Source: Mangrovibacterium sp.
Lineage (GTDB): Bacteria; Bacteroidota; Bacteroidia; Bacteroidales; Prolixibacteraceae
Length of the DNA: 64,000 bases
Direction of reading: 5' to 3'
Assembly: GCA_047974225.1 (NCBI GenBank)
Contig: JBKECD010000022.1
Coordinates: 29 to 64,028, forward strand
Below, piece by piece: positions 34,283 to 43,255 of this stretch. The first letter of the stretch is position 1. Every line of letters begins with the position of its first letter. Below the pieces are notes generated by a model that was not told the origin of the DNA, searched no databases, and saw only the letters and a list, made by a program, of their open reading frames with translations. Both the position numbers and the translations under genes were made by a program.

Positions 34283-35518
34283 ATGAAACACATCATCAAC
34301 GCCAAACATATTCAGACCGTGAAGTCCGAAATAAATCTGCCTTCATCGAAAAGTATCGCCAATCGAGCTTTAATAATCAATTCACTAAGCAATAGTAAAT
34401 ATCCTATTCAAAACCTTTCGGAAAGCGATGACACGTTTGTGCTCAACAAAGTGTTGCAATCCAATGATAATATTTGCGACATTGGTCATGCCGGCACTGC
34501 CATGCGTTTTCTCACTGCCTTTCTTTCGCAGGTGGTGGGCGAGTGGGTGCTCACAGGTTCCGACCGCATGAAGCAACGCCCTATTCAAGTGCTGGTGGAA
34601 GCGCTCGGCAAGCTCGGGGCTGAAATTGAATATCTCGACCAAGAAGGCTATCCGCCTTTGCGCATCAAGGGAGCGAAGCTCAAAGGGGGCGTGCTTGAAT
34701 TGGATGGCAGTGTGAGCAGTCAATATATTTCTGCCTTGCTCATGATTGCCCCTACATTGAAAGAAGGCTTGACTCTTCGACTGACTAATCGCATCACTTC
34801 ACGCTCCTATATCGAGATGACGCTCGGGCTGATGGCGCAATATGGAGTGGCTTCGGAATGGCTCAGCGAAAATGAAATCCACATTGCCGAGCAGAAATAT
34901 CAGCCGATTGACTTCACCGTGGAAAGCGATTGGTCGGGAGCGTCCTATATGTATGAGATATTAGCTTTGCTTCCGCAGGGCGAAATCTTTTTGCCCAATA
35001 TTCAGCTTGATAGTTTGCAAGGTGATTGTGCTATTGCCGAGTGGTTTGAAGCTTTCGGCGTGCAAAGCATTCCGCAAGGCAATGGATTGCTATTGAAGAA
35101 AGAAAAGCCTCAACAGCCCGAACATCTGAAGCTCGACTTCCTCTTAAATCCCGATATAGCTCAGACCATGGCGGTGATTTGTGTGATGCTGAAAGTGCCT
35201 TTTCATTTCACCGGACTCGAAACACTCAAAATCAAAGAAACGAACCGTATATTAGCGCTGCAAAATGAACTGCTCAAGTTTGGCGCAAGCTTGCAAGAAC
35301 CGCAACATGGCGAACTGAGTTGGGATGGCACATTCCCCTTTCCTGCCAAGGAGAAACCGCTCATTCTTACCTATCACGACCACCGCATGGCGTTGGCATT
35401 TGCCCCAGCGGCTCTGTTTGTCGAAATCGAAATCGACGACCCGATGGTGATTACCAAGTCATATCCTCGGTATTATGAAGATTTGAAGAGTTTAGGGATG
35501 GAGGTGATTGGGGAGTAA
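34283..35518 (+). CDS. aroA: 3-phosphoshikimate 1-carboxyvinyltransferase (EPSP synthase)
   Basis: ...LPSSKSIANRALII..., ...GHAGTAMRFLTAF..., ...DHRMALAFA... Confidence 0.93.
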   Translation: MKHIINAKHIQTVKSEINLPSSKSIANRALIINSLSNSKYPIQNLSESDDTFVLNKVLQSNDNICDIGHAGTAMRFLTAFLSQVVGEWVLTGSDRMKQRPIQVLVEALGKLGAEIEYLDQEGYPPLRIKGAKLKGGVLELDGSVSSQYISALLMIAPTLKEGLTLRLTNRITSRSYIEMTLGLMAQYGVASEWLSENEIHIAEQKYQPIDFTVESDWSGASYMYEILALLPQGEIFLPNIQLDSLQGDCAIAEWFEAFGVQSIPQGNGLLLKKEKPQQPEHLKLDFLLNPDIAQTMAVICVMLKVPFHFTGLETLKIKETNRILALQNELLKFGASLQEPQHGELSWDGTFPFPAKEKPLILTYHDHRMALAFAPAALFVEIEIDDPMVITKSYPRYYEDLKSLGMEVIGE

Positions 35519-35552
35519 TTCTCCGCAAATTGGTAGAGCATTTGATATACAA

Positions 35553-35585
35553 AAAGGAGAATACAGCAAATATGTATTCTCCTTT
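35553..35585. terminator. Bidirectional terminator between convergent aroA and the lipoprotein gene
   Basis: aaaggagaataca / tgtattctccttt forms a 13-bp perfect stem with a 7-nt loop, flanked by A- and T-runs. Confidence 0.8.
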
Positions 35586-35606
35586 TTCAATTTTTAAAGT
35601 TTTGGT

Positions 35607-35996
35607 CTAATGATGACCACCGTTGCCATGACCATTGCTACCACTACCGCAGTTGCCATTTCCATCGCCTGTGCCTGTGCCATCTCCACTACAAGTGCCG
35701 TGGGCATTTCCATTGCGATGAGTGCCATCGCTATTCATGCCGCTATGCTCAGCATTGGTGCAAGCACTGTGAGTACCATCGCTGAGAATGGTGCAATTTT
35801 CATGATTGCCATTCTCGCATTGTTGCGCCACACTGTCTTGATAGGCAACAGCATCGGTGTAGCCTAAGGTTTCGGCTCGAAGTTCCATTGCTTCCAAAGT
35901 GATTGCGGCGCTATCTGTTGAATCAAGCTCATCGTGTTGCTCGGTGCTGCACGACACCAAAGCTAGGGCTGCAAATACATAAATTACTCTTTTCAT
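35607..35996 (-). CDS. Cys/His/Gly/Asn-rich lipoprotein (putative metal-binding)
   Basis: Lipobox ...ALALVSCS. The mature part carries five further Cys and many His, and ends ...NAHGTCSGDGTGTGDGNGNCGSGSNGHGNGGHH. It is the last gene of the ECF/FecR/TonB-transducer operon. Confidence 0.6.
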   Translation of the reverse strand: MKRVIYVFAALALVSCSTEQHDELDSTDSAAITLEAMELRAETLGYTDAVAYQDSVAQQCENGNHENCTILSDGTHSACTNAEHSGMNSDGTHRNGNAHGTCSGDGTGTGDGNGNCGSGSNGHGNGGHH

Positions 35997-36060
35997 TTTT
36001 TCTTCTTTGATTGATTATTTACCCCTAAACCGCACGAGCACACATTCACCCTACCGCCAA

Positions 36061-38487
36061 TCAGAAAATAATTTCTAGAAATGCCATTGGGGTAAAGGGT
36101 GTGGCTCGGGTGTAGATGCTATAAACGTTGTATTGGTCGGACAAGCGGTAGCTGTATTTCACATTGTTGGTGTCGAACACATTCAGAACCGACAGCCCCG
36201 CATGCAGGTCTATCTTCTTCCATTGTCGCTTATAGGACAGCGATAAATCCAATCGGCTGTAAGGCTCGCTCGACAGGTCGGCGTGTTGCTCGTTGCTGTG
36301 TTGTTGCTCGCCATTGCCCATGCCATGCCCATGTGCCGAAGTCGAAAGATAAGGGAAGCCTGCGCCATAGACATAATTGGCTGAAAGATAAAAGGGCTGC
36401 AAAGCATAGATTGCCCCAAGCTTCAGTTCATGCCCTGTTGTGGCTTGAGGTTGAGAAGAATGAACAAGCGAATAAGAAGCAAAAAAAGTATGTGCACGCC
36501 ATTGCTTTTTGACAAATACATCCACTCCCCGATTGATATTATCCCGCTGATAAATCTCACTATCCACAAAGTAAAGCTGATTTTCATTCGCTCGCACATA
36601 GCCCTCAACGCTCAAAAGCCATGCATTTTTACTGAAGCCCATGCCGAGCAAATAATGTGTGGAGGAAAGGTAGGTGCTATCCGATAAATTCCAAATCAGC
36701 TGATAACTTCCCGAACTATACGAATAGGGAGTGCGTGTGAGAAACTGATGATATCGCCCAAAAGAAGCGGTGGCGGTGAGTTCCTCTGTCAGACTGTATT
36801 GAGCGGAAAGGCGGGGTTGAAGAAACAACTGATTAGTGGACACCCAATCTGTTCTGACACCAAGGCTCAAAGCTAGTTTGCCCCAAGCGATATGGTCGGT
36901 GATGTGAAAAGCTCCATTGCCGATGCTTGTGCTACTGTCGTTGCATGCGGTGGCATAGTTTTTCCATTCGCCCCCGAATTGTATCTGCTGGCGTGTGCTG
37001 AGCCTGAAATGATGCTCCACCTTCAGCGATAATTCCTGCACCGAGTTGTCGATATGGAAAACATCGGGCGGGCTCGACAGCTTGTTTGTGATGCCCACCA
37101 CATTGTCGATAGCGGCGGAAAGAGCGGAATAGGAAGTAATAAACTTCGTCTGACTGCCATTGCTCCAATGGCGTATGTAGTTAGCCGCAGCACCATATTG
37201 TCGGTTTTGCTCGCTCGCCTCCACGCTGTAATCTTGTTGCTTCACATCAAATTGAAATTGGTCGTCGGCAGCATAAAAGCTGATATAGTAGTGGTCGTTT
37301 GCCGATGTCTTGCCTGCCCATTTCACATTCAAATCCCGAAAATCATAGTCGGGCTCAATATAAACATCGGAAGCCGTTTGTTGCCGACTGCCATTCCCTT
37401 TTCCATGAGAGCTTCCACTCGAACTACTCTCGATGTTTTCCGTGCGATATAAATTATAGAAAGTCTGCCGAAACGCCACCGATAGCGCAGCTTTCTTCTG
37501 AAAAGGAATCGACAGATAGCTATTGGCGGTGTAATTACTCAGGGAGGCTTTCACCTCGGGGCTATTGAAATTTCCTGTTCTGCCCGTAATCTCGGCAATC
37601 GCTCCGATGCGGTTTCCTTCTGAAGCGCCAAATCCCCCCTTCGCTAGGCGAATATCTTTTGCCATATAGGGATTGACCGAGCCAATCTGGTCGCTGAAAC
37701 TTTTCATTCCGAAGATGGTAAAACCGTCATAAGTCAAGCGGCTTTCGCCCCAATCGCTCCCCCACACGATGAGGTCTTCCGAAGGCTCTCCCGAAGCGCG
37801 CACCCCGGGCATCATACGCAGGAGATTGAATATCGAATTATCGGCATTCCCCGGCATATATTGCGCTATTTGATGATTAAGACGTGTTTCGCCCGAGCTT
37901 TTCCCCGATTGCATCAGCATGGAGGCGGGCGATGTAGCAATGACAATCTCGTCTAAAGAAATATGCTGAGGGCGAAGGGTCAATTGGTGATGACCAACAT
38001 GCAGCATCGTGTCGAGCGATTGAAATCCCAAATAATTTAACTGCACACGCAACGGCTGATTAAGCTCTTTCTCCAGCGAGAAATACCCTACTTCATTGGT
38101 GTATATCAGTCCTTGGGAGGTTTGTATCTGTGCATAAGGCAAGGCTTCGCCTGTGAACTGGCTGCACACTTCTCCCGATAAAATATACTTTTTGCGTGCT
38201 TCGGGCATTGCAATTGGTGCTGCTGAAATAACATAGACGCTACCTATTTTCTTCATTTGAAATGGCAGGTTTTTCAGTAGAAACGAAATGGCTTCTTCGG
38301 GGGAATTAAACGTTTGCGAAACCGACACGGAATGTTTCGACAGGGCATCATCATCAAACGAGATATCCACCTGAAGCATGCGGAGCACCTCGTTTAGGGG
38401 TTTGCTAGAAACCATCAACCGCAACTCTTGGGGAAAAGCTGCGGTAGCGAATAGTAGTCCGATGGTGAATAGCAAAATATTTTTCAC
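36061..38487 (-). CDS. TonB-dependent receptor/transducer with N-terminal signalling (STN-like) and CarboxypepD_reg-like domains
   Basis: 808 aa. It has a signal peptide, an N-terminal extension before the plug, a C-terminal ...MAFLEIIF, and internal tracts SAHGHGMGNGEQQHSNEQH and SSSSGSSHGKGNGS. The GTG start overlaps the FecR stop (GTGA). Confidence 0.8.
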   Translation of the reverse strand: MKNILLFTIGLLFATAAFPQELRLMVSSKPLNEVLRMLQVDISFDDDALSKHSVSVSQTFNSPEEAISFLLKNLPFQMKKIGSVYVISAAPIAMPEARKKYILSGEVCSQFTGEALPYAQIQTSQGLIYTNEVGYFSLEKELNQPLRVQLNYLGFQSLDTMLHVGHHQLTLRPQHISLDEIVIATSPASMLMQSGKSSGETRLNHQIAQYMPGNADNSIFNLLRMMPGVRASGEPSEDLIVWGSDWGESRLTYDGFTIFGMKSFSDQIGSVNPYMAKDIRLAKGGFGASEGNRIGAIAEITGRTGNFNSPEVKASLSNYTANSYLSIPFQKKAALSVAFRQTFYNLYRTENIESSSSGSSHGKGNGSRQQTASDVYIEPDYDFRDLNVKWAGKTSANDHYYISFYAADDQFQFDVKQQDYSVEASEQNRQYGAAANYIRHWSNGSQTKFITSYSALSAAIDNVVGITNKLSSPPDVFHIDNSVQELSLKVEHHFRLSTRQQIQFGGEWKNYATACNDSSTSIGNGAFHITDHIAWGKLALSLGVRTDWVSTNQLFLQPRLSAQYSLTEELTATASFGRYHQFLTRTPYSYSSGSYQLIWNLSDSTYLSSTHYLLGMGFSKNAWLLSVEGYVRANENQLYFVDSEIYQRDNINRGVDVFVKKQWRAHTFFASYSLVHSSQPQATTGHELKLGAIYALQPFYLSANYVYGAGFPYLSTSAHGHGMGNGEQQHSNEQHADLSSEPYSRLDLSLSYKRQWKKIDLHAGLSVLNVFDTNNVKYSYRLSDQYNVYSIYTRATPFTPMAFLEIIF

Positions 38488-39251
38488 GGTTCGATTTTAA
38501 AGCTAATTCCAAAAGGTCGTCCGATGATTTCGAGCACTTCTGCGGCGGGTCTTTCTTTCGAGAAATTCCCCGTATAGGAATAATCAAGTTTAGAGTCGCT
38601 CGAAACCGTGATGTTATATTGCCGCTCAATTTCCTGCACCACTTCACGCAGCGGAACGGCTCGAAATGAAAACCTATTTTGTGTCCAAGCAATAGCCTGC
38701 AAAGCATCGGTTTGCTCGGTGATTTGGAACTCTTCTTTGCGCCAGCTTGCGTGCATATTGGGGCTTAAGATGCTGGAGCGGTTTGCCGAGCTCACTTCCA
38801 CCTTGCCTGTCAGGCAAGACACGGCGTAATGGTCGGCACGAGCAAAGATATTAAATGTTGTGCCGAGCACTTTCACCTGATGTTCTCCCGAAGTAACTAC
38901 AAACCGACTGCCCGCTTTCACCTCAAAAAACCCCTCTCCCACGAGCTCTACATCTCTTGAAGCCCACCACCAATAAGGCTTATAGCTCAATCGAGAGTCG
39001 GCATTGAGATTAACTTTCGATCCATCGGGCAAAACAATCGTCGAATGTTCGCCTCGGGCAACTAGCACCCTTGTTTCATGCAAAAAGGCGAAAGAAGTCA
39101 GCGCAACGACAAGCACCGCCGCCACAGCAGCATATCGCCAGAGGGTGTATTGCTTGGCTTGGGGCTCTCCCTTTTCAGAAAAAATCTCATCCCATATTTC
39201 GTCTTTCGTGCGAGTCCATCGAGGACTTATCTTTATATTTTCTGTTTTCAT
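38484..39251 (-). CDS. FecR-family anti-sigma factor
   Basis: A single TM helix (...WRYAAVAAVLVVALTSFAFL...) and a FecR periplasmic domain. I chose the start at the internal Met (MKTENIK). Confidence 0.85.
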   Translation of the reverse strand: MKTENIKISPRWTRTKDEIWDEIFSEKGEPQAKQYTLWRYAAVAAVLVVALTSFAFLHETRVLVARGEHSTIVLPDGSKVNLNADSRLSYKPYWWWASRDVELVGEGFFEVKAGSRFVVTSGEHQVKVLGTTFNIFARADHYAVSCLTGKVEVSSANRSSILSPNMHASWRKEEFQITEQTDALQAIAWTQNRFSFRAVPLREVVQEIERQYNITVSSDSKLDYSYTGNFSKERPAAEVLEIIGRPFGISFKIEP

Positions 39252-39262
39252 ATGATTTTGTT

Positions 39263-39754
39263 TTAGACTAGTAATTTTGTTTTCAGATGTTTCAATGCCC
39301 CGTGCATGCGTTTTTCCACCGCTTTTGTTCCAATGCCCAAGCATTCGGCAATCTCGGCATATTTAAGCTCATCATTTCGACTCATGAGGAAAACCACACG
39401 CTGCGTTTCGGGCATCTGTTCCAAGGCTTCGGCATAGCTTGAAGCCAGTTCCTTAAAGCTTAGTTCATCGGCAGGCGAAAGCGACTCTTCAGCAGAAAAA
39501 CGCATATTTTGTTCGAAGCTTTGGCGTGTTGCATCTTTGCGATAGTTGCTGATGACCAAATCATTTGCCATCTTATAAAGCAATGACTTCAGATTTTGCT
39601 TGCTCAATTGCGCTCGTTTTTCCCAAAGCTTCATAAAAACATCTTGCGCCATGTCGGAAGCCAGCTCCGTATTTCCACAGCGATAGAAGATGAATCCTCG
39701 AATCGCATCGAATTGGGCATCAAATAACTGTTTAAATTCTACTTTGCTGAGCAT
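39263..39754 (-). CDS. ECF (sigma-70 family) RNA polymerase sigma factor
   Basis: Region 2 (...FDAIRGFIFYRCGNTELASDMAQDVFMKLW...) and region 4 (...YAEIAECLGIGTKAVEKRM...). I chose the start at the internal Met (MLSKVEF). Confidence 0.9.
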   Translation of the reverse strand: MLSKVEFKQLFDAQFDAIRGFIFYRCGNTELASDMAQDVFMKLWEKRAQLSKQNLKSLLYKMANDLVISNYRKDATRQSFEQNMRFSAEESLSPADELSFKELASSYAEALEQMPETQRVVFLMSRNDELKYAEIAECLGIGTKAVEKRMHGALKHLKTKLLV

Positions 39755-39923
39755 GTTTGCATCTACTTTTACTGATATACCGCACAAAGGTAAAAATATC
39801 CTACCTGTGGGGAGCATTTTTTTTAATACTTGTTTTTTCGAGCGCAGGAACTTGACAACTTATTTGCTCATTTCCGCAAAAATTACGTTCTTTGGGAGTA
39901 CATAAAACCAATGCAAATAAAAA

Positions 39924-41012
39924 ATGCAAAATACTTACTGTATTATTATCGCTGGAGGTCTAGGACGAAGATTTTGGCCCATCAGTAATGCTGAAAAACC
40001 GAAACAATTCCTCGATATCCTTGGCACAGGGGAAACTTTTATCCAAATGACTTACCGTCGTTTCAAGCATGTTTGCCTTCCTGAAAATATTATTGTTGTT
40101 GCCAATGAAGCACATCGGGAGCTGGTGGTAGAGCAGCTCCCCGAGTTAGGCGAACAGCAAATTTTACTCGAACCCATTCGCCGAAACACCGCCCCAAGTG
40201 TGGCTTATGCCGCAAGTAAAATCAAGCAAAAATGCCCCCATGCCAATCTAATCATCACCCCTGCTGACCAAATCATTCTGCATGAGCGAGAGTTTTGCGA
40301 ACAGCTAGAGATAGGTCTTGACTTTGTGCGTGAAAGTCGCTCCATCATGAGCCTTGGCACCGTGGCTACTCGCCCCGAAACATCCTTTGGCTATATTCAG
40401 ATTGGCGACCATGTCGATGAGCAGAAAACACCGAATATTTATCAGATGAAAACCTTCACCGAGAAGCCCAACGAAGAGATGGCTAATATCTTTTTTGAGA
40501 GTGGTGAGTTCTTTTGGAATACAGGCATCTTGGTGGCTTCGGTGGAAGCGCTCGACAAAGCCTATGCACAGCATCAACCCGAGATGCACGAAAGTTTCTT
40601 TGTGAAAGGAGCTGATAAATATGGCACTTCGAGTGAAAATAATTTCGTGAGAAAAGTCTATTCCGAATGTCCCAACATATCTATCGACTATGCGATTTTA
40701 GAATATATGCACGAACTATATGCCTTGTGTGCCGACTTTGGATGGAGCGATATTGGCACGTGGACAAATGCCTATCACCAGCTCGAAAAAGATGAGAACC
40801 TCAATGTGATCAGCGGGGAAAATATTTTTTGCTATGAAGCAGCCCGCAATGTAATTCACTCAGAAAGCGACCGCTTAGTGCTCCTCAATGGTATGAATGA
40901 CTATATTATCGTTGATACTAAAGATGTGCTGATGGTCTGCAAAAAAAGCAATGAAATCAATATTCGCCACTATCTGAATGACATTCAATTTAAGACAGAT
41001 AGAGAGTTGTAG
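39924..41012 (+). CDS. Mannose-1-phosphate guanylyltransferase
   Basis: ...YCIIIAGGLGRRFWPISNAEKPKQFLDILG... is a nucleotidyltransferase N-terminus; 362 aa. Confidence 0.85.
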   Translation: MQNTYCIIIAGGLGRRFWPISNAEKPKQFLDILGTGETFIQMTYRRFKHVCLPENIIVVANEAHRELVVEQLPELGEQQILLEPIRRNTAPSVAYAASKIKQKCPHANLIITPADQIILHEREFCEQLEIGLDFVRESRSIMSLGTVATRPETSFGYIQIGDHVDEQKTPNIYQMKTFTEKPNEEMANIFFESGEFFWNTGILVASVEALDKAYAQHQPEMHESFFVKGADKYGTSSENNFVRKVYSECPNISIDYAILEYMHELYALCADFGWSDIGTWTNAYHQLEKDENLNVISGENIFCYEAARNVIHSESDRLVLLNGMNDYIIVDTKDVLMVCKKSNEINIRHYLNDIQFKTDREL

Positions 41013-41079
41013 CGAGTAATAACGATGTTTTTTTTGAAAAGAAAATAGCTCAAATGCTTTTATCTTTCAGAAAGCTTCG

Positions 41080-41087
41080 TATATTTG
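41080..41087 (+). promoter_or_regulatory. Candidate -7 promoter box (TAtaTTTG) for tRNA-Leu
   Basis: Matches TAnnTTTG and ends 16 nt before the tRNA 5' end. Confidence 0.4.
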
Positions 41088-41103
41088 CAGCCACAAAAGG
41101 ATC

Positions 41104-41189
41104 GCCCAGGTGATGAAATTGGTAGACATGCCAGCTTGAGGGGCTGGTGCCGGTTTTACGGCGTGCAGGTTCGAATCCCGTCCTGGGCA
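41104..41189 (+). tRNA. tRNA-Leu (anticodon GAG), type II with a long variable arm
   Basis: Folded by hand. The acceptor stem gcccagg/cctgggc is perfect. The anticodon stem ccagc/gctgg carries the loop ttGAGgg. There is a variable arm gccg...cggc and a T-loop ggttcgaatcc, with one A.C mismatch in the T stem. No CCA is encoded. Confidence 0.85.
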
Positions 41190-41211
41190 CTTTTAAAATT
41201 TTTATTCTCTT

Positions 41212-41241
41212 AAAACCAATCTTTTAGATAAGATTGGTTTT
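41212..41241 (+). terminator. Intrinsic terminator after tRNA-Leu
   Basis: aaaaccaatctt / aagattggtttt forms a perfect 12-bp stem with a 6-nt loop, followed by a T-run. Confidence 0.75.
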
Positions 41242-41345
41242 TTATTTTCCCCACATTGCTGCATTGGCAATCCCCTGTCCCATTCTTTCTAGTCTTTATT
41301 TGATGGCTAAAGTCCTTAATAGCGATTTACGAAAATAACATTCCT

Positions 41346-41524
41346 CTATTTTTCCCAAATGTGATACGAATACATCATGTAGTCGGACTATATTTTTCCA
41401 AATGAGATACGAATACATCATGTATTTGGACTATATTTTTCCAAATGCGATGCGAATACATGTGTATTCGGACTATATTTTCCCCAATGTGATACGAATA
41501 CACTTTGGTTTTCGCTATATCTCG
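41346..41524. repeat. 42-43-bp tandem array, 4.2 copies, each unit with an internal palindromic core
   Basis: Units start at 41346, 41388, 41431, 41473 and 41515. The unit is ctatatttttccaaatg(a/c/t)gat(a/g)cgaatacat..gtatt(c/t)gga. The best core is cgaatacatgtgtattcg. Confidence 0.9.
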
Positions 41525-41826
41525 ATGACTTATCATTGATTTTACCTATTAAAAAAGTGTCTAATGACTCTTTTATGCTCATTTACACTATTTAAATCTA
41601 TTCTAAATAGAAAAATTATTTTGCTAACATACAGTGATTTGCGAAAAACTTTCAAAAAAAGTGCTCTGAAAAGTGCAAAAAGTATGTCGCAAGTATATAT
41701 GTATATATGAAGGGACACAAGATTGCAATCGTATAACTTCCATTTTAACTTTTCGAGTTTCATCGGCAATTATGACAACCGACCTGTTGGAACTCTATTT
41801 TATTAATTTCTCAAAAATTTATTCCA

Positions 41827-42561
41827 ATGAGAACAAAAATTTCATGTGTTAGACGATCTATCCGCGTTGGAGAAATCGTAGGCTTAACTCAAGCCATCTT
41901 AAACAAAGTAACCCTATTAGACGATGCCGCAAGTGCGCATCTCCAAGGCTTGCTGAACAGAATCGAAGCGAAAAACAGCGCTTTGACCGTAGTCATCAAA
42001 GAAGAACGAATCAAATCCCAAGCCTTGGGTGATTTCGTGAATCTGAAAAACACCTATCAGCAGTTCTACTCGCTGATCAAGTCCTACACATTCGTGGCGA
42101 GCACAAAAACGGCAGCAAGCCAAATCCTAATGTTGCTCGACAAGTATGACAGCTCAATTGTGCATGCAACAAAAATCATGGTGCGCAGTTCCTTTGTCAA
42201 GTCCTTGATTATCGAGCTCGAACAGGCGGAAAACTTCGCTTTTCTCGCTTCGCTCATGTATGCTGAAGGCATGTTTAACACGCTCAAAGCGGCGCAGGAA
42301 GCTTTCATCGCCAACTATGCCGACTACCGAGATTTGCGCATGCAGCAGATTGACCAACCCAATGCGTCAGCCTTGCGCAAAGAGCTGGTTGAGATGATAA
42401 ACACCGAGCTGGTGCCCTATCTCAATGTGATGAATGGCACCGACGATGATAGCTATCTTGAATTTTCGGATGCCGTTCGCGGCATCGTCTCTGGACAAAA
42501 CACAATTGTCAAGCGTCGATTGTCAAAAGCAAGCGATAGTTCAGCGACCGAAGCAGTATAG
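41827..42561 (+). CDS. Hypothetical all-alpha protein (possibly DUF6261-like)
   Basis: 244 aa with no catalytic motif that I recognise. The family guess rests only on remembered architecture. The gene is isolated between the repeat array and a bidirectional terminator. Confidence 0.4.
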   Translation: MRTKISCVRRSIRVGEIVGLTQAILNKVTLLDDAASAHLQGLLNRIEAKNSALTVVIKEERIKSQALGDFVNLKNTYQQFYSLIKSYTFVASTKTAASQILMLLDKYDSSIVHATKIMVRSSFVKSLIIELEQAENFAFLASLMYAEGMFNTLKAAQEAFIANYADYRDLRMQQIDQPNASALRKELVEMINTELVPYLNVMNGTDDDSYLEFSDAVRGIVSGQNTIVKRRLSKASDSSATEAV

Positions 42562-42610
42562 CCGTAGGGCTAAACTCATACTTCGCTGCAAGGCGGAGAG
42601 CAAAAAAAAA

Positions 42611-42637
42611 GGAGCGATTGAAATTTTCAATCGCTCC
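42611..42637. terminator. Bidirectional terminator between ORF 41827..42561 and rpsT
   Basis: ggagcgattgaaa / tttcaatcgctcc, flanked by an A9 run and a T-run. Confidence 0.8.
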
Positions 42638-42663
42638 TTTTTTATATTTTTCAGCCTAAAATA

Positions 42664-42915
42664 CTACAAAGCATTCACATGTTTAGTAACACTTGATTTC
42701 AAGTTGGCTGCTTTATTAGCATGAATGATGTTTCTCTTCGCTAATTTGTCAATCATCGAAGTAACCTTAGGAAGTTCAGCAATTGCGGCTTCTTTGTCGG
42801 TTGTACTGCGCAAGGCGCGCAAAGCATTACGCATTGTTTTAGCGTAATATTTATTGTGAATACGTTTTGCTTCGTCTTGTCTGATTCTTTTTTTAGACGA
42901 CTTATGATTTGCCAT
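42664..42915 (-). CDS. rpsT: 30S ribosomal protein S20
   Basis: [36 protein letters not shown]... is canonical S20. Confidence 0.95.
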   Translation of the reverse strand: MANHKSSKKRIRQDEAKRIHNKYYAKTMRNALRALRSTTDKEAAIAELPKVTSMIDKLAKRNIIHANKAANLKSSVTKHVNAL

Positions 42916-42949
42916 TCTTAATTTCTCCTCAAATAAAAGTTTTTGAAAG

Positions 42950-43021
42950 TAGCCCGTAGGGGAATCGAACCCCTGCTACCAGGATGAAAACCTGGCGTCC
43001 TAACCACTAGACGAACGGGCC
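42950..43021 (-). tRNA. tRNA-Glu (anticodon UUC)
   Basis: The reverse complement ggcccgttcgtctagtggttaggacgccaggttTTCatcctggtagcaggggttcgattcccctacgggcta folds as a cloverleaf, with anticodon loop ttTTCat. Confidence 0.9.
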
Positions 43022-43189
43022 AACAGGATTTTTGCTAATTGCGCTGCAAAGATACGAGCACTTTTTATATTTCCAAACATTGAACGCTTTTTTTCTGCTT
43101 TTTGTTGTTTTTTTTCTGCATAACACGCCATCGGGCTTATCCCGACACCTTCAATGCAACCTTATTGAAACCCATGTCTCCTTTTTTTA

Positions 43190-43197
43190 TATATTTG
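43190..43197 (+). promoter_or_regulatory. Candidate -7 promoter box (TAtaTTTG) for the aspartate kinase gene
   Basis: Matches TAnnTTTG and lies about 59 nt upstream of the ATG at 43256. Confidence 0.35.
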
Positions 43198-43255
43198 CAA
43201 TCTGCAAGTTTAGGGGCGACACGAAGGTCAGCCCCCGACAATTTAAAACCCTAAC

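Noticed and set aside
36099-37568. Multiple 60-137-aa ORFs on both strands within the TonB-dependent receptor gene.
   Set aside because: They are shadow frames of an 808-aa gene that has clear receptor features.
41542-41769. A 75-aa minus-strand ORF between the repeat array and ORF 41827..42561.
   Set aside because: It is very AT-rich with a low-complexity Leu/Phe/Ile/Lys composition and no signal or motif. It is most likely non-coding.
41190-42640. A prophage or integrative element at tRNA-Leu.
   Set aside because: There is no integrase, excisionase, phage or conjugation gene, and no direct repeat of the tRNA 3' end within the window. I kept it only as a remnant hypothesis in the findings.
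43022-43255. A lysine (L-box) riboswitch or other leader upstream of the aspartate kinase gene.
   Set aside because: I could not find the conserved L-box core elements or a convincing multi-stem fold. The region holds only a candidate -7 box and one short GC hairpin. An Rfam scan would be needed to be certain.
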